Positions 1 to 9,430 of a DNA stretch of 64,000 nt are shown here, one piece after another (position 1 is the first letter of the stretch; every line of letters begins with the position of its first letter). A program made the translations under genes and the position numbers. The stretch spans positions 2,016,001-2,080,000 of the forward strand of contig CAVSGO010000007.1 of NCBI GenBank assembly GCA_963727525.1, written 5' to 3'. The DNA is from an uncultured bacterium (GTDB taxonomy: Bacteria; Krumholzibacteriota; Krumholzibacteriia; LZORAL124-64-63). The notes beneath the pieces were generated by a model. That model saw only the letters and a program-made list of their open reading frames with translations, was not told the origin of the DNA and ran no database searches.

Positions 1-1
1 G

Positions 2-343
2 CCCGACGTCGAGAAGGTCGAGGCCGCCCTCGCCATCGTGAGCGACAAGGCTCCCACCCTGCTGGTCGACGGGCCGTTGCAGGCCGACGCCGCCCTGGTG
101 CCGGCCATCGGCGACCGCAAGGCTCAGGGCAGCGCGGTCGCGGGTCACGCCAACGTGCTCGTGTTCCCCGACCTGGATGCCGGCAATATCGGGTACAAGC
201 TCGTGCAGCGACTGGCCGGCGCCGAGGCCGTGGGCCCGGTCATGCAGGGTTTGGCCCGGGCCGTCAACGATCTGAGCCGCGGTTGCAGCGTCGACGATAT
301 CGTGAACGTCGTGGCGATCACAGCCTTGCAGAGCGCCGGTTAA
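2..343 (+). CDS. pta: Phosphate acetyltransferase, C-terminal part (5' end outside the window)
   Basis: Motifs [31 protein letters not shown] and [13 protein letters not shown]. The frame is open from position 2 and lies directly upstream of ackA. Confidence 0.93.
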   Translation, partial: PDVEKVEAALAIVSDKAPTLLVDGPLQADAALVPAIGDRKAQGSAVAGHANVLVFPDLDAGNIGYKLVQRLAGAEAVGPVMQGLARAVNDLSRGCSVDDIVNVVAITALQSAG

Positions 344-359
344 GCGAGAGGCGACGACG

Positions 360-1559
360 ATGCTGAACATCCTGGTCATCAACTGCGGCAGCAGTTCGCT
401 GAAGTACCAGCTCCTGGAGATGGAGAACGAGACGCTCCTGGCCAAGGGCCTGGTGGAGCGCATCGGCCTGGACCGGGGCACCCACATCTACCAGCGACCC
501 GGGCACGACAAGCTCACCCGCGAGCTGCCCATCGCCGACCACTCATGCGCGATCGCGCTGGTGATGAAAGCCCTCACCGACACTGCGTACGGCGTGGTGG
601 CGAGCATGGACGAGATCGCGGCCGTCGGGCATCGCGTGGTCCATGCCGGCGAGCGCTATGCGTCGTCGGTGATCATCGACGACGATGTGATCGCCGCGCT
701 CGAGGCGTGCATCCCGCTCGCACCACTGCACAATCCGCCGAACATCATGGGCATCAAGGCCGCCCAGCAGGTGATGCCCAGCACGCCGATGGTGGGGGTA
801 TTCGACACGGCGTTCCACCAGACGATGGCCGACTGGGCATACATCTACCCGCTGCCGTACGATTTCTACACCGATCTGAAAGTACGCCGCTATGGCTTCC
901 ACGGCACCAGCCACCGCTTCGTGACCCAGCGCGCAGCCGAACTGCTCGGCCGCCCGGCGACGGCGCTCAACCTCATCACCTGCCACCTCGGCAACGGCGC
1001 GTCGGTGTGCGCGGTGAAGCACGGCAAGTCCATCGATACCAGCATGGGCTTCACGCCCCTCGAGGGCCTCGTGATGGGCACGCGCAGCGGCGACATCGAC
1101 CCGGCGATCGTGGGCTTCATCGCCAAGGCCCGCGGGCTCACGCTGGAGCAGGTCGACCGCATCCTCAACAAGGAGAGCGGCATCCTCGGCATCTCGGGAG
1201 TCTCCAGCGACCTGCGCGACGTCGAGCGCGCCTACGCCGCCGGCAATGACCGTGCCCGCCTGAGCATCGACGTCTACAGCTACCACATCCAGAAGTATAT
1301 CGGCGCCTATGCGGTGGCCCTTGGCCACGTAGACGCCATCGTCTTCACCGCCGGCGTGGGCGAACACGGATCGCTGGTGCGGGAGTGGGCTTGCCGCGGA
1401 CTCGAGGTGCTCGGCGCAGAGCTGGACCTGTTCGAGAACGGCGTGCGTCACGACGAGGCGTTCATCAGCAAACCCGGCTCGCGCGTGAAGATCATGGTGA
1501 TCCCCACGAACGAGGAGCTGATGATCGCGCGTGACACGCGCGATCTTCTGCGTCGCTGA
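360..1559 (+). CDS. ackA: Acetate kinase
   Basis: Motifs ILVINCGSSSLKY, GHRVVH, LAPLHNP, FDTAFHQT, YGFHGTSH, CHLGNGAS, TSMGFTPLEGL and IPTNEEL. Confidence 0.97.
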   Translation: MLNILVINCGSSSLKYQLLEMENETLLAKGLVERIGLDRGTHIYQRPGHDKLTRELPIADHSCAIALVMKALTDTAYGVVASMDEIAAVGHRVVHAGERYASSVIIDDDVIAALEACIPLAPLHNPPNIMGIKAAQQVMPSTPMVGVFDTAFHQTMADWAYIYPLPYDFYTDLKVRRYGFHGTSHRFVTQRAAELLGRPATALNLITCHLGNGASVCAVKHGKSIDTSMGFTPLEGLVMGTRSGDIDPAIVGFIAKARGLTLEQVDRILNKESGILGISGVSSDLRDVERAYAAGNDRARLSIDVYSYHIQKYIGAYAVALGHVDAIVFTAGVGEHGSLVREWACRGLEVLGAELDLFENGVRHDEAFISKPGSRVKIMVIPTNEELMIARDTRDLLRR

Positions 1560-1568
1560 TCGGTCGCG

Positions 1569-2501
1569 CTAGCCCGCCGCCGCGCGCGCGGCGCGGTCGA
1601 ACTGGAGCGATCCCCGCATCACCACTGCACCCGTGGCCGCGATCTCCACGCGCTGGATATGCTCACCGAGCATGCCGACATGTACGGTGGCGCGGTTCGG
1701 ACGTCCCAGCACATGGCCCTGTGCCGTCTCGATGCGCACGTGGTCGGCCGATGGGACCAGTCCCGACGCCACGAGGTAGGCGCCCATGGCACCGAGTCCG
1801 TTCCCGCTGGCCACGTCCTCGCAGGCGCGGTCGCCCGGATGGAAGAACCGGCACTGGAAGTCGGCGTCGGCGGCCGCCAGCTCGCGGCACACGAGCACCA
1901 CGCCGGCCACGCCACGCTCGTCGGTGAACGCCTGCATGCGGGCCATGTCGCGAAAACTGCCGCGCATGACGTTGCGATCGGACACCGGCACAATGATGTG
2001 ATCGAAGCCGCACGAGACACGTTGGGGCCCGTGTCCGTCGAGCTTGAGCAGCTCGGCCGGCACGCCCAGCACCGCCGCCACCTCTGCGGCGGGCACAGGC
2101 TCGCCGAAGCGCGGATTCGGCAGCTCGAAGGTGACGAGTGTGCGCGCGTCGGGAACCGTGGTGAGCGTGACACCGAGCACGCCGGCCAGGGTCTCCACGT
2201 GGACGACGCGACCCTCGGGAGTCGGGCGGAAGATGCCGCGATCGGCCAGGCTGGTGAACGCCGCGATCAGCACGTGCCCGCTCAGCGAGTCCTCGCGGCT
2301 CAACGTGAAGAACCGCAGCTTCACGTCGGCCTCGCGCGCGGCGGGTGGCAAGACGAACCCCACCTCCATGCCAAGTTCCTCGGCGATCTGGATCATCTCC
2401 GCGTCGGTGAGGCTGGCGGCATTGGGAATGATGGCGGCGGGATTTCCCGTGAAAGGTCGATCGGCGAAAGCGTCGACCAGATGCAGGGGGATGACGGCCA
2501 T
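1569..2501 (-). CDS. PhzF family (diaminopimelate-epimerase fold) isomerase
   Basis: N-terminal VDAFADRPFTGNPAA, LRFFT, VETLAG and C-terminal GAVVMRG. The ATG at 2501 follows a GGGAAGG RBS. Confidence 0.85.
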   Translation of the reverse strand: MAVIPLHLVDAFADRPFTGNPAAIIPNAASLTDAEMIQIAEELGMEVGFVLPPAAREADVKLRFFTLSREDSLSGHVLIAAFTSLADRGIFRPTPEGRVVHVETLAGVLGVTLTTVPDARTLVTFELPNPRFGEPVPAAEVAAVLGVPAELLKLDGHGPQRVSCGFDHIIVPVSDRNVMRGSFRDMARMQAFTDERGVAGVVLVCRELAAADADFQCRFFHPGDRACEDVASGNGLGAMGAYLVASGLVPSADHVRIETAQGHVLGRPNRATVHVGMLGEHIQRVEIAATGAVVMRGSLQFDRAARAAAG

Positions 2502-2558
2502 GGCATGTCTCCTTCCCGTCCCTGGCACCATACGCCATCGGTGGGTACGCAGCCAGCG

Positions 2559-4241
2559 CTATCGCGCCGGGCTCGATCGGTACCGTACGCGCCCGTCGAC
2601 GACCGTGGCAACCACATGGGTGTCAAACAGTTGCGACGGATCATCGCCGGTGGGATCGTGATCGAGCACGGTGATGTCGGCCAGGTAGCCCGGTGCGAGG
2701 ACACCGACCTCCCTTTCCAGCCAGGCCGCGTAGGCCGCTGCGGAGGTGGACAGCCGCAGCGCCGTGCGTCCGTCGACGCATTCCTGCGGGTGCCAGCCGC
2801 CGGGCGGCGTGCCGTCAGGATGCTGGCGTGTGCGCGCGGCGAAGAGCGTGGCCAGCGGATCCACGGCCTCGACCGGGAAGTCGGTGCCGAAGCAGAGCAC
2901 GGCGCCGCTGTCCAGAAGCGAGCGCCAGGCGTAGGCGCCGGCGAGGCGATTGGGCCCGAGGCGCTGCGCGACCCAGTCCATGTCGCTGGTGCAGTGGGTG
3001 GGCTGCATCGACGCGATCACGCCGAGCTGACCGAAGCGCGGCACATCGGCGGGCGCGAGGATCTGGGCGTGCTCCACACGCCAGCGCGCATCGCGCAGTC
3101 GTGGTCCCATGACCTCATCGTAGAGGTCGAGGACGAGCCGGTTGGCGGCGTCGCCGATGGCGTGGGTACACACCTGGAAGCCGGCCGCGGCCGCCCGCCG
3201 GCACACCTCGCGCAGATGTTCGGTGGGAGTGACCTGGAGGCCGCGGTTGCCCGGTTCGTCGCTGTAGTCGGCGAGAAGGAGCGCCCCGCGGCTGCCGAGG
3301 GCGCCGTCGGCATAGAGCTTCACCGCACGCACCGTCACCATGAAACGCGGGCCGCTCGTCGGGCCGGCGGCCAGGCCGGCGTCGAGGGTGGCCGGTTCAT
3401 CGGCGAGCATACACACGAGCCGCAGGCCCAGCTCGTCCCGGGTTGCGAGGTCGCGATAGAGCTGGATGCGTGACCAGGGCGTACCGGCTTCGTGCACGGC
3501 GGTGAGGCCGTGGCGCAGGCAATCGTCGATCGCCAGGTGCACCCGCCGCGTCACCTCAGCCGGCGACGGCTCGGGGACGTGGGCGAGCACGAGGTCGACG
3601 GCGTTGTCCACCAGCACGCCCGTGGGCTCACCGCCGGGCCCGCGGATGATCGTACCGCCATCGGGATCGGCCGTGTCGCGCGTGATACCGGCGAGGCGCA
3701 GCGCCTCGCTGCTCACCCAGGCGGCGTGACCGTCGATGCGACGCAGCACCACGGGGCGTTGCGGCGCCGCCGTGTCGAGGAGCGCGCGATCGGGCCAGTG
3801 GGCGTCGGTCCAGTCGTTCTGGTCCCAGCCGCGCCCTTCCAGCCAGCCTGCGGGCTGGGCCGCGGCTGCCGCGCGCACGCGGGCCGCGCAGGCAGCGGCG
3901 TCGGGCGTGCCCACGAGGTCGATCTGCGCGAGGGCCGTGCCGAGCCCAAAGAGATGGCAGTGGGCGTCGACCAGCCCCGGCACGGCGACGGCGCCCTGCA
4001 GGTCGATCACCGTCGTCTCGGTCCCGCGCAGGGCCAGGACAGCCTCGTCGTTCCCCACGCGGAGGATACGGCCGTCGCGCGCCGCCAGCGCCGTGGGCGC
4101 CGGCGAGGGCTCGGGCTCGAGGAGCGTCAGCACGCGTCCCCCGTGGAGAATGAGATCGGCCGGCCCCGCCCCGACAGGGTGGGCCGCGGTGGATGGCGAC
4201 GGCACGGTGAGCGCCGCACAGAGCGCGAGGACGACGGACAT
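2559..4241 (-). CDS. Secreted metal-dependent amidohydrolase (amidohydrolase_3 / YtcJ-like)
   Basis: Motifs PGLVDAHCH, GRGWDQ, RIDGH, KLYADGALGSRGA, HAIGD, RVEHAQ, MQPTH, GTDFPV and G(Y)LAD. Hydrophobic N-terminus. The start could be 4268. Confidence 0.9.
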   Translation of the reverse strand: MSVVLALCAALTVPSPSTAAHPVGAGPADLILHGGRVLTLLEPEPSPAPTALAARDGRILRVGNDEAVLALRGTETTVIDLQGAVAVPGLVDAHCHLFGLGTALAQIDLVGTPDAAACAARVRAAAAAQPAGWLEGRGWDQNDWTDAHWPDRALLDTAAPQRPVVLRRIDGHAAWVSSEALRLAGITRDTADPDGGTIIRGPGGEPTGVLVDNAVDLVLAHVPEPSPAEVTRRVHLAIDDCLRHGLTAVHEAGTPWSRIQLYRDLATRDELGLRLVCMLADEPATLDAGLAAGPTSGPRFMVTVRAVKLYADGALGSRGALLLADYSDEPGNRGLQVTPTEHLREVCRRAAAAGFQVCTHAIGDAANRLVLDLYDEVMGPRLRDARWRVEHAQILAPADVPRFGQLGVIASMQPTHCTSDMDWVAQRLGPNRLAGAYAWRSLLDSGAVLCFGTDFPVEAVDPLATLFAARTRQHPDGTPPGGWHPQECVDGRTALRLSTSAAAYAAWLEREVGVLAPGYLADITVLDHDPTGDDPSQLFDTHVVATVVDGRVRYRSSPAR

Positions 4242-4437
4242 CGTTGCCTCCGGGATGGGGAGTGGCATCGCTCCGGATGTCGGGTTGACTTCTCGGTACG
4301 CGATCATTCCTTACCATGATATCGCTCCACCGTACACGCGAGGCGCGTTGGCCACCAACCCGGCCGGGTAACGCAACACCGGGGAACCCGGGCGAGCGGG
4401 CGGGGTCTCACGGTCGATCCCCGAGGAGAGGACCACG

Positions 4438-6606
4438 TTGATTCGATCGCTGCGCACCATCCTTCGCCCCCTCGCCATCCTCGCGCTGGCCGCCGTGCTC
4501 GCCACCGCCGCGGCAGCCGCTGCCGGACCCGATCCGCACGCCCGGAATCTCCTCGGTGCGTTGAGGCGCCAGCTCGCCACGTCACGTCTCGATTCGGCGC
4601 TCACCACGGCCCGCGCGTACGTCGCGATCGACCCCACCAGCCCCGACATGTTCTACAACCTCGCGGGCCTCGAGGAACACGCCGGCCATCGTGACGCGGC
4701 CGCGGCCGCGCTGAAGGTGGCGGTGGATCTGGGGTTCGATGATTTCCGCCTGGCCGACGCGGACAGCGATCTCGGCGACCTGCGCACCGATCCTCGCTAC
4801 GGCGCCCTGCGCGAGCAGTGGCAGCGGAACCTGCGCGAGCGCTGCGCCGGACGAAGCGTCGCCCTGACGGCAGGCGCGTTCGGCGACCCCATCGAGCTGA
4901 GCGACCGGGGAGGCGGCCTGACGCCGCCCCTGGTCACGGTGCGGTTGCGTTACGACGGCGGCGGCTTCGAGGTGGAAGCCACCGTCCAGGATCTCGGGGC
5001 CAGCGAGCGCCTGCCGGCCTGGCGCGGGGGCAGCGGCCTGGCGGTCACGTTCCTGGTACCCTCCGCGGACGCCGCGTGCGAGGGCACCATGTTCCGAGAG
5101 GTGGGGGCCGGGCTCGCCAAGGGCCTCCCGGAAGGGGTTCTGCTCCTGCCGCGACCGTCGCTCCGCTGGCAGCCCGTGGCCGAGCTGACGCCGAAACTCC
5201 ACTATGCGCCGGCAAGCAAGGCCCTCGTCCTCGATCTACGCATTCCGTGGCAAGCCATCGCACCGCTCGATCCGCTGGCCTATCCCGAGCTGGCGATCAA
5301 CGTCTCCTGGATCAGCCGCGACGCCGAGGGGCACCGTACCCACGCCGCCCTGCTGGACGATCCGGCGACGTTCGTCGCGACCGACACGTGGCGCCGCGGC
5401 CTGCCCCTGCGCGTCGCGTGGTCGCCGACGACCGAGCCCCGCGCGGCCCTGCACGTGTCCGACCACGTGGTGACCGGGTCTACCGTGGCGGGGACCATCG
5501 GTCTGGTGGCGCCGGTAGCGGGGAGGGCCAGCCTCACAGCCTCCCTGGAGAACGCCGACGGGCAGCCCATCGCGGGCGCCATTATGGACGGCGAGCGTGC
5601 GGTGGTGGCCGGCTGGCAGCAGCTTCCACTGCGCCTCGCGGCCACGGCCTTGCCGCTGGGGCCCGTGACGATGACGGGTTCGGTAACCCTGCCGGGAGGA
5701 CAGGACGCCTCGTTTCGCGCCGACCTTCTCGCGCTGCCCACCGACTGGCTCGCGCAGGCGCGTCGCACGGTGCCGAAACTCCCCGAATCCGAGCGTGCGT
5801 CGGTGGCCTTGCGCCTCGACGCGATCACCGGCGAGCTGGCCGCGCGACAGCCCGGCGATCCGGCCGGCGCACTCGCCACGACGGTGCGCGAGACCGAGAG
5901 CCTCCTCCAGCACTGGCGCGAGACGGGGACCACCATCCCGGACAGCGGCGCCTACCTGGCCATCCTGCCCGCGGCCGCCGGCGTGGATGCGCGGCCGTGC
6001 AGCGTGAATCTGCCGCCGGATTACCGCAATCACGACGGATTGCGCGTGCTGGTGGTCATCGTCCGTGCCTTCGGTCAGGAAGACCGGTTCGCCCAGATGG
6101 CCCAGGCCGTGCTCGCCGAGCGAGGACCGGGCCTCGGCCTCGATCCCCACGGCATGGTCGTGGTCGTACCCCACGTGTCGGCGACCGACGGAGCGACCAT
6201 CGAGGCGGGCATCGCGCAGGCCGCCGACTGGGTCACCCACACGTTTCCCGGCCGGCCGTTGCTCGTGGCCGGCGTCGACGACCTGGCGGCGCCGACGCTG
6301 CGCGCGAGCCTGGCGGGGACGTTCACGGCGTCGGGCGTGCTGCTCATGGTCGGCGAGGATTTCATGCCCTGGCCCGGAGCCGATGCCGGCCGCCTGCGCA
6401 CCGAGATCGGACCGGGATCGCTGCGCACGCCGTATGCCTGGATCCGCTTTCCAGCCGATGCCTGCCCCGGGGACCAGTGCCAGGCGGTCATCGCGGCGAT
6501 GAAGGCCGCCGGATTCGGAACCAGCGCGGTCCAGGACGTCCCCGGCAGTCTGAGCTTGAGCCAGGCGTGGGGACGCGCCATGCTCTGGGCCGCGGGTTCG
6601 CGCTGA
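4438..6606 (+). CDS. Secreted multidomain protein: TPR region, beta-sandwich (CBM9/DOMON-like) region and degenerate alpha/beta-hydrolase-like C-terminus
   Basis: GAGGAG RBS, TTG start and signal peptide. TPR-like segment FYNLA...ALKVAVDLGF..F..ADADSDL..LR.DPRY. LDLRIPW...LAINV sugar-binding-like strand pattern. VNLPPDY...LVV hydrolase-like segment. Confidence 0.65.
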   Translation: MIRSLRTILRPLAILALAAVLATAAAAAAGPDPHARNLLGALRRQLATSRLDSALTTARAYVAIDPTSPDMFYNLAGLEEHAGHRDAAAAALKVAVDLGFDDFRLADADSDLGDLRTDPRYGALREQWQRNLRERCAGRSVALTAGAFGDPIELSDRGGGLTPPLVTVRLRYDGGGFEVEATVQDLGASERLPAWRGGSGLAVTFLVPSADAACEGTMFREVGAGLAKGLPEGVLLLPRPSLRWQPVAELTPKLHYAPASKALVLDLRIPWQAIAPLDPLAYPELAINVSWISRDAEGHRTHAALLDDPATFVATDTWRRGLPLRVAWSPTTEPRAALHVSDHVVTGSTVAGTIGLVAPVAGRASLTASLENADGQPIAGAIMDGERAVVAGWQQLPLRLAATALPLGPVTMTGSVTLPGGQDASFRADLLALPTDWLAQARRTVPKLPESERASVALRLDAITGELAARQPGDPAGALATTVRETESLLQHWRETGTTIPDSGAYLAILPAAAGVDARPCSVNLPPDYRNHDGLRVLVVIVRAFGQEDRFAQMAQAVLAERGPGLGLDPHGMVVVVPHVSATDGATIEAGIAQAADWVTHTFPGRPLLVAGVDDLAAPTLRASLAGTFTASGVLLMVGEDFMPWPGADAGRLRTEIGPGSLRTPYAWIRFPADACPGDQCQAVIAAMKAAGFGTSAVQDVPGSLSLSQAWGRAMLWAAGSR

Positions 6607-6614
6607 ATTGTCAC

Positions 6615-6639
6615 GTAACCCTGGCCGCCAATGTGCGTA
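6615..6639 (+). promoter_or_regulatory. Possible ECF-sigma-type promoter (GTAAC-N16-CGTA)
   Basis: GTAAC at 6615-6619 and CGTA at 6636-6639, in the spacer upstream of the beta-propeller/RND genes. The motif is short and could be chance. Confidence 0.3.
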
Positions 6640-6791
6640 GACACAGCCGTCAAGAAACGTCCCCCGGCGTTTCCCCCGGTAGCTCGAAAATCCATGTCTC
6701 GGAGAATAGCCGGTCGCCGGGACGGGTACTGCGCGCGACAGACCGGCCGATCGCCGTGCTCAATCACGATCCCAAGAACGAGGAGTCTGCC

Positions 6792-8108
6792 ATGGTGAAA
6801 GTCACGCGTACCCCGACCACGTGCACTTCTGCCGCCTGCCCCGACCGCGTCCGGCACCGTCACCTCCCGGGTACCGGGTTCGTGCTCGCCCTCGCCACCC
6901 TGCTGCTGTCCATCGCCTTCGGCGCGCGGGCTGTGGAGACGGTGATGGTCGACGGCGTGCCCCATGTCAAGAATGGAGCCACGCCGACCCAGGGCGTCGA
7001 GAAGCTCCCCATGAAGGAGATCTGGCGCCACGGCGGCGACGACGACGAGGACGTCCTCTTCGGCATGATCACCGACTGCGCGGTGGGCCCGGACGGCAAT
7101 ATCTACCTCCTGGACGCCCAGCTCATGCAGGTGCTGGTGTTCTCGCCCACCGGCGAGGTGCTGCCCAGCCTCGGTCGCCAGGGCCAGGGGCCGGGCGAGT
7201 TCCAGAATGCCCGGCAGATGGTGTTCCTGCCCGACGGCACGCTCGGTGTGGCCCAGCTCTTTCCCGGCAAGCTGATCGGGTTGAACCTCGACGGCACGCC
7301 CGCGAAGGACCTGGAGCCCGGAAAGAACGACCCCACGGCCGGGGGCTTCATGGCGCTGATCAATGCGGAATCGGGCGGCGAGAACCTCATCCTGAGCGGG
7401 ATCGAGATCACCTTCGACCAGGCCAACGCCACGCAGAAGCGGCATTACTTCGTGCGCAGCTATGGCATGGATGCGAAGCCCATCGTCGATTTCCTGACCG
7501 ACGATCGCGAGTGGCATTTCGACGACAACTTCGTCTTCGAGGAGAAGGACAACGACTTCGTGTGGCAGCGGCTCGCGGTCGGTCACGACGGACACGTGGT
7601 GGTGGCGATCCCGCGCAACGAGTACGTTCTCAGCGTGTTCGCGTCCGACGGCACGCTCGAGCGGGTGATCGAACGCCCGTACGAGACCTGGACCCGCGAC
7701 GAGCGCGTGCGCAAGCGCTTCGACAGCCTCATGGCGGGCCAGGCCCGGCAGTTTCCCGCCGGCACGGAGCACACGATCGCCGACACCGAGGCCGACATCG
7801 AGGGCATCCGCTACGGAGAGGACGGCACCATCTGGGTCGTGACCAGCCGCACCATCTACACGCCCAAGCCCGACGTGCTGACCGCCTGGGACGTGTTCTC
7901 ACCGCAGGGCGAGTTCATCAAGCAGGTCGAGGCCCATGCGCCGGGTGACCCCGCGAGCGACCTGCTCTTCCTCACGGACAAGGGCTACGCGGTGCAGATC
8001 GTCGGATTCTGGGACGCGGCCCTGTCCGCGATGGGTGGCGGCGGCGACGACAGCGACGACAACGGCGACGCGGCGCCGATGCAGGTGATCTGCTACAAGA
8101 CCGACTAG
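6792..8108 (+). CDS. Secreted 6-bladed (NHL-like) beta-propeller protein, paralog 1
   Basis: GAGGAG RBS before the ATG at 6792 and a signal-like hydrophobic segment. Contains GPDGNIYLLD..VLVFSPTGE....LGRQGQGPGEF and repeated DG-x-I/V blade motifs. Confidence 0.82.
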   Translation: MVKVTRTPTTCTSAACPDRVRHRHLPGTGFVLALATLLLSIAFGARAVETVMVDGVPHVKNGATPTQGVEKLPMKEIWRHGGDDDEDVLFGMITDCAVGPDGNIYLLDAQLMQVLVFSPTGEVLPSLGRQGQGPGEFQNARQMVFLPDGTLGVAQLFPGKLIGLNLDGTPAKDLEPGKNDPTAGGFMALINAESGGENLILSGIEITFDQANATQKRHYFVRSYGMDAKPIVDFLTDDREWHFDDNFVFEEKDNDFVWQRLAVGHDGHVVVAIPRNEYVLSVFASDGTLERVIERPYETWTRDERVRKRFDSLMAGQARQFPAGTEHTIADTEADIEGIRYGEDGTIWVVTSRTIYTPKPDVLTAWDVFSPQGEFIKQVEAHAPGDPASDLLFLTDKGYAVQIVGFWDAALSAMGGGGDDSDDNGDAAPMQVICYKTD

Positions 8109-8156
8109 GACCCCGGGGATCGCGCCATGATCCCGCCAGCATACGAAGGAGAGCCC

Positions 8157-9377
8157 ATGCGATCGATCTACTCGCCTCATCGTCGCCCGGTCCTGCTGGG
8201 CCTGGTATTCCTGCTGGCCGCCGGCGCCTCGGGAGCGCCGGTGGTGGACAACCCCGCGCAGCCGGCTGAAGGCCAGCGCGACGTGACGCTCCGCGAGCTG
8301 TGGCGGGCCGGCGGCGAGGACGACGACGTGTTCTTCGGGACCATCGGCAGCGTGCGGCGCGGCCCCGACGGCAATATCTATCTACTCGACAGCCAGCTCT
8401 CGCACGTCGAGGTGTTCGGTGACGACGGTACGCACCTGGCCACGCTCGGGCGAGAGGGTGAAGGCCCCGGCGAGGTGACCGGACCCGCCGGCATGTTCTT
8501 GCACGACGACGGCCGCGTGAGCCTGCTGAAGTCGTTTCCCGGCAAGGTCGTCACGATCAACGCGGACGGGACCCCCGCCGGCGAGTTGAAGTATCAGCTC
8601 CCCGACGCCAGTGGCGCCGGCTTCAACGTGCTGAACTCCGGCGAGAATCTGAGCGGCGGCGACATCCTGCTACTGGGCATACGCATGTCGATGGGCGGCG
8701 GACCGCTGAGCGATCAGACGTACTTCATCTCGCGCTGCGGTCCGGACGGCGTGGAGAAGACCAGCTATCTCACGAAGGACTACCAGATCAACTACGCCGA
8801 CTTCCGCCTCGACGAGGGCAAGATGGACTTCGTGTGGAACCGTTACGCCGTCGATGCCGACGGGAACGTCTACACGGCGCCGGATCGCGACCGCTACCTC
8901 GTACGCGTCCAGGCCCCCGATGGCACCGTGATCCGCGAAATCACCCGCGCCTACACGCCTCCCGCGCGCAACGATGCCGATCGGCAGCGAGCGACGAAGA
9001 TCATCGAGGCCGTGGGCAAGTACTACCCCGTGCCGCTGAAGGGCACGTCGATCGAGGATCACGATCAGGTCATCACGGGCATGTTCATCGATGACGGCGG
9101 CCAGCTCGTCGTCTCCTGCACCAACCGCGATGCGCGCCCGGACGGCGCCTTCGCCGTGCTCGACGTCTTCGATACCCAGGGACGCTTCGTACGGCAGCGC
9201 GTCATCCACTGTGCCGGCAACGCGGATCAGGACGGCTTGACGTTCCTCGGCGGCCACCGCGCGATCCGGATCGTGGGCAGCCTCGATGCGTGGCTGAACC
9301 AGCAGGGCGTGGGCGCGACCGGAGCGGCGGGCGATGAGGCGCCCGTGCTCGAGGTGGTATGCTACGCCGTGCCCTGA
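8157..9377 (+). CDS. Secreted 6-bladed (NHL-like) beta-propeller protein, paralog 2
   Basis: GAAGGAG RBS and signal peptide. Contains GPDGNIYLLD...LGREGEGPGE and is colinear with paralog 1 (DFVW.R, C-terminal V.CY). Confidence 0.82.
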   Translation: MRSIYSPHRRPVLLGLVFLLAAGASGAPVVDNPAQPAEGQRDVTLRELWRAGGEDDDVFFGTIGSVRRGPDGNIYLLDSQLSHVEVFGDDGTHLATLGREGEGPGEVTGPAGMFLHDDGRVSLLKSFPGKVVTINADGTPAGELKYQLPDASGAGFNVLNSGENLSGGDILLLGIRMSMGGGPLSDQTYFISRCGPDGVEKTSYLTKDYQINYADFRLDEGKMDFVWNRYAVDADGNVYTAPDRDRYLVRVQAPDGTVIREITRAYTPPARNDADRQRATKIIEAVGKYYPVPLKGTSIEDHDQVITGMFIDDGGQLVVSCTNRDARPDGAFAVLDVFDTQGRFVRQRVIHCAGNADQDGLTFLGGHRAIRIVGSLDAWLNQQGVGATGAAGDEAPVLEVVCYAVP

Positions 9378-9430
9378 TAGACTTTACGCTGCCCGTTCGC
9401 GCGCTGGTCACCCGATGCCGAGGTAGGACG

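Noticed and set aside
4818-6791. 1096-aa ORF 4818..8108 suggesting a giant or frameshift-fused protein
   Set aside because: The first ~660 codons are Arg/Pro/Gly-rich off-frame translation overlapping the real 4438..6606 gene. A good RBS and ATG at 6792 explain the true gene.
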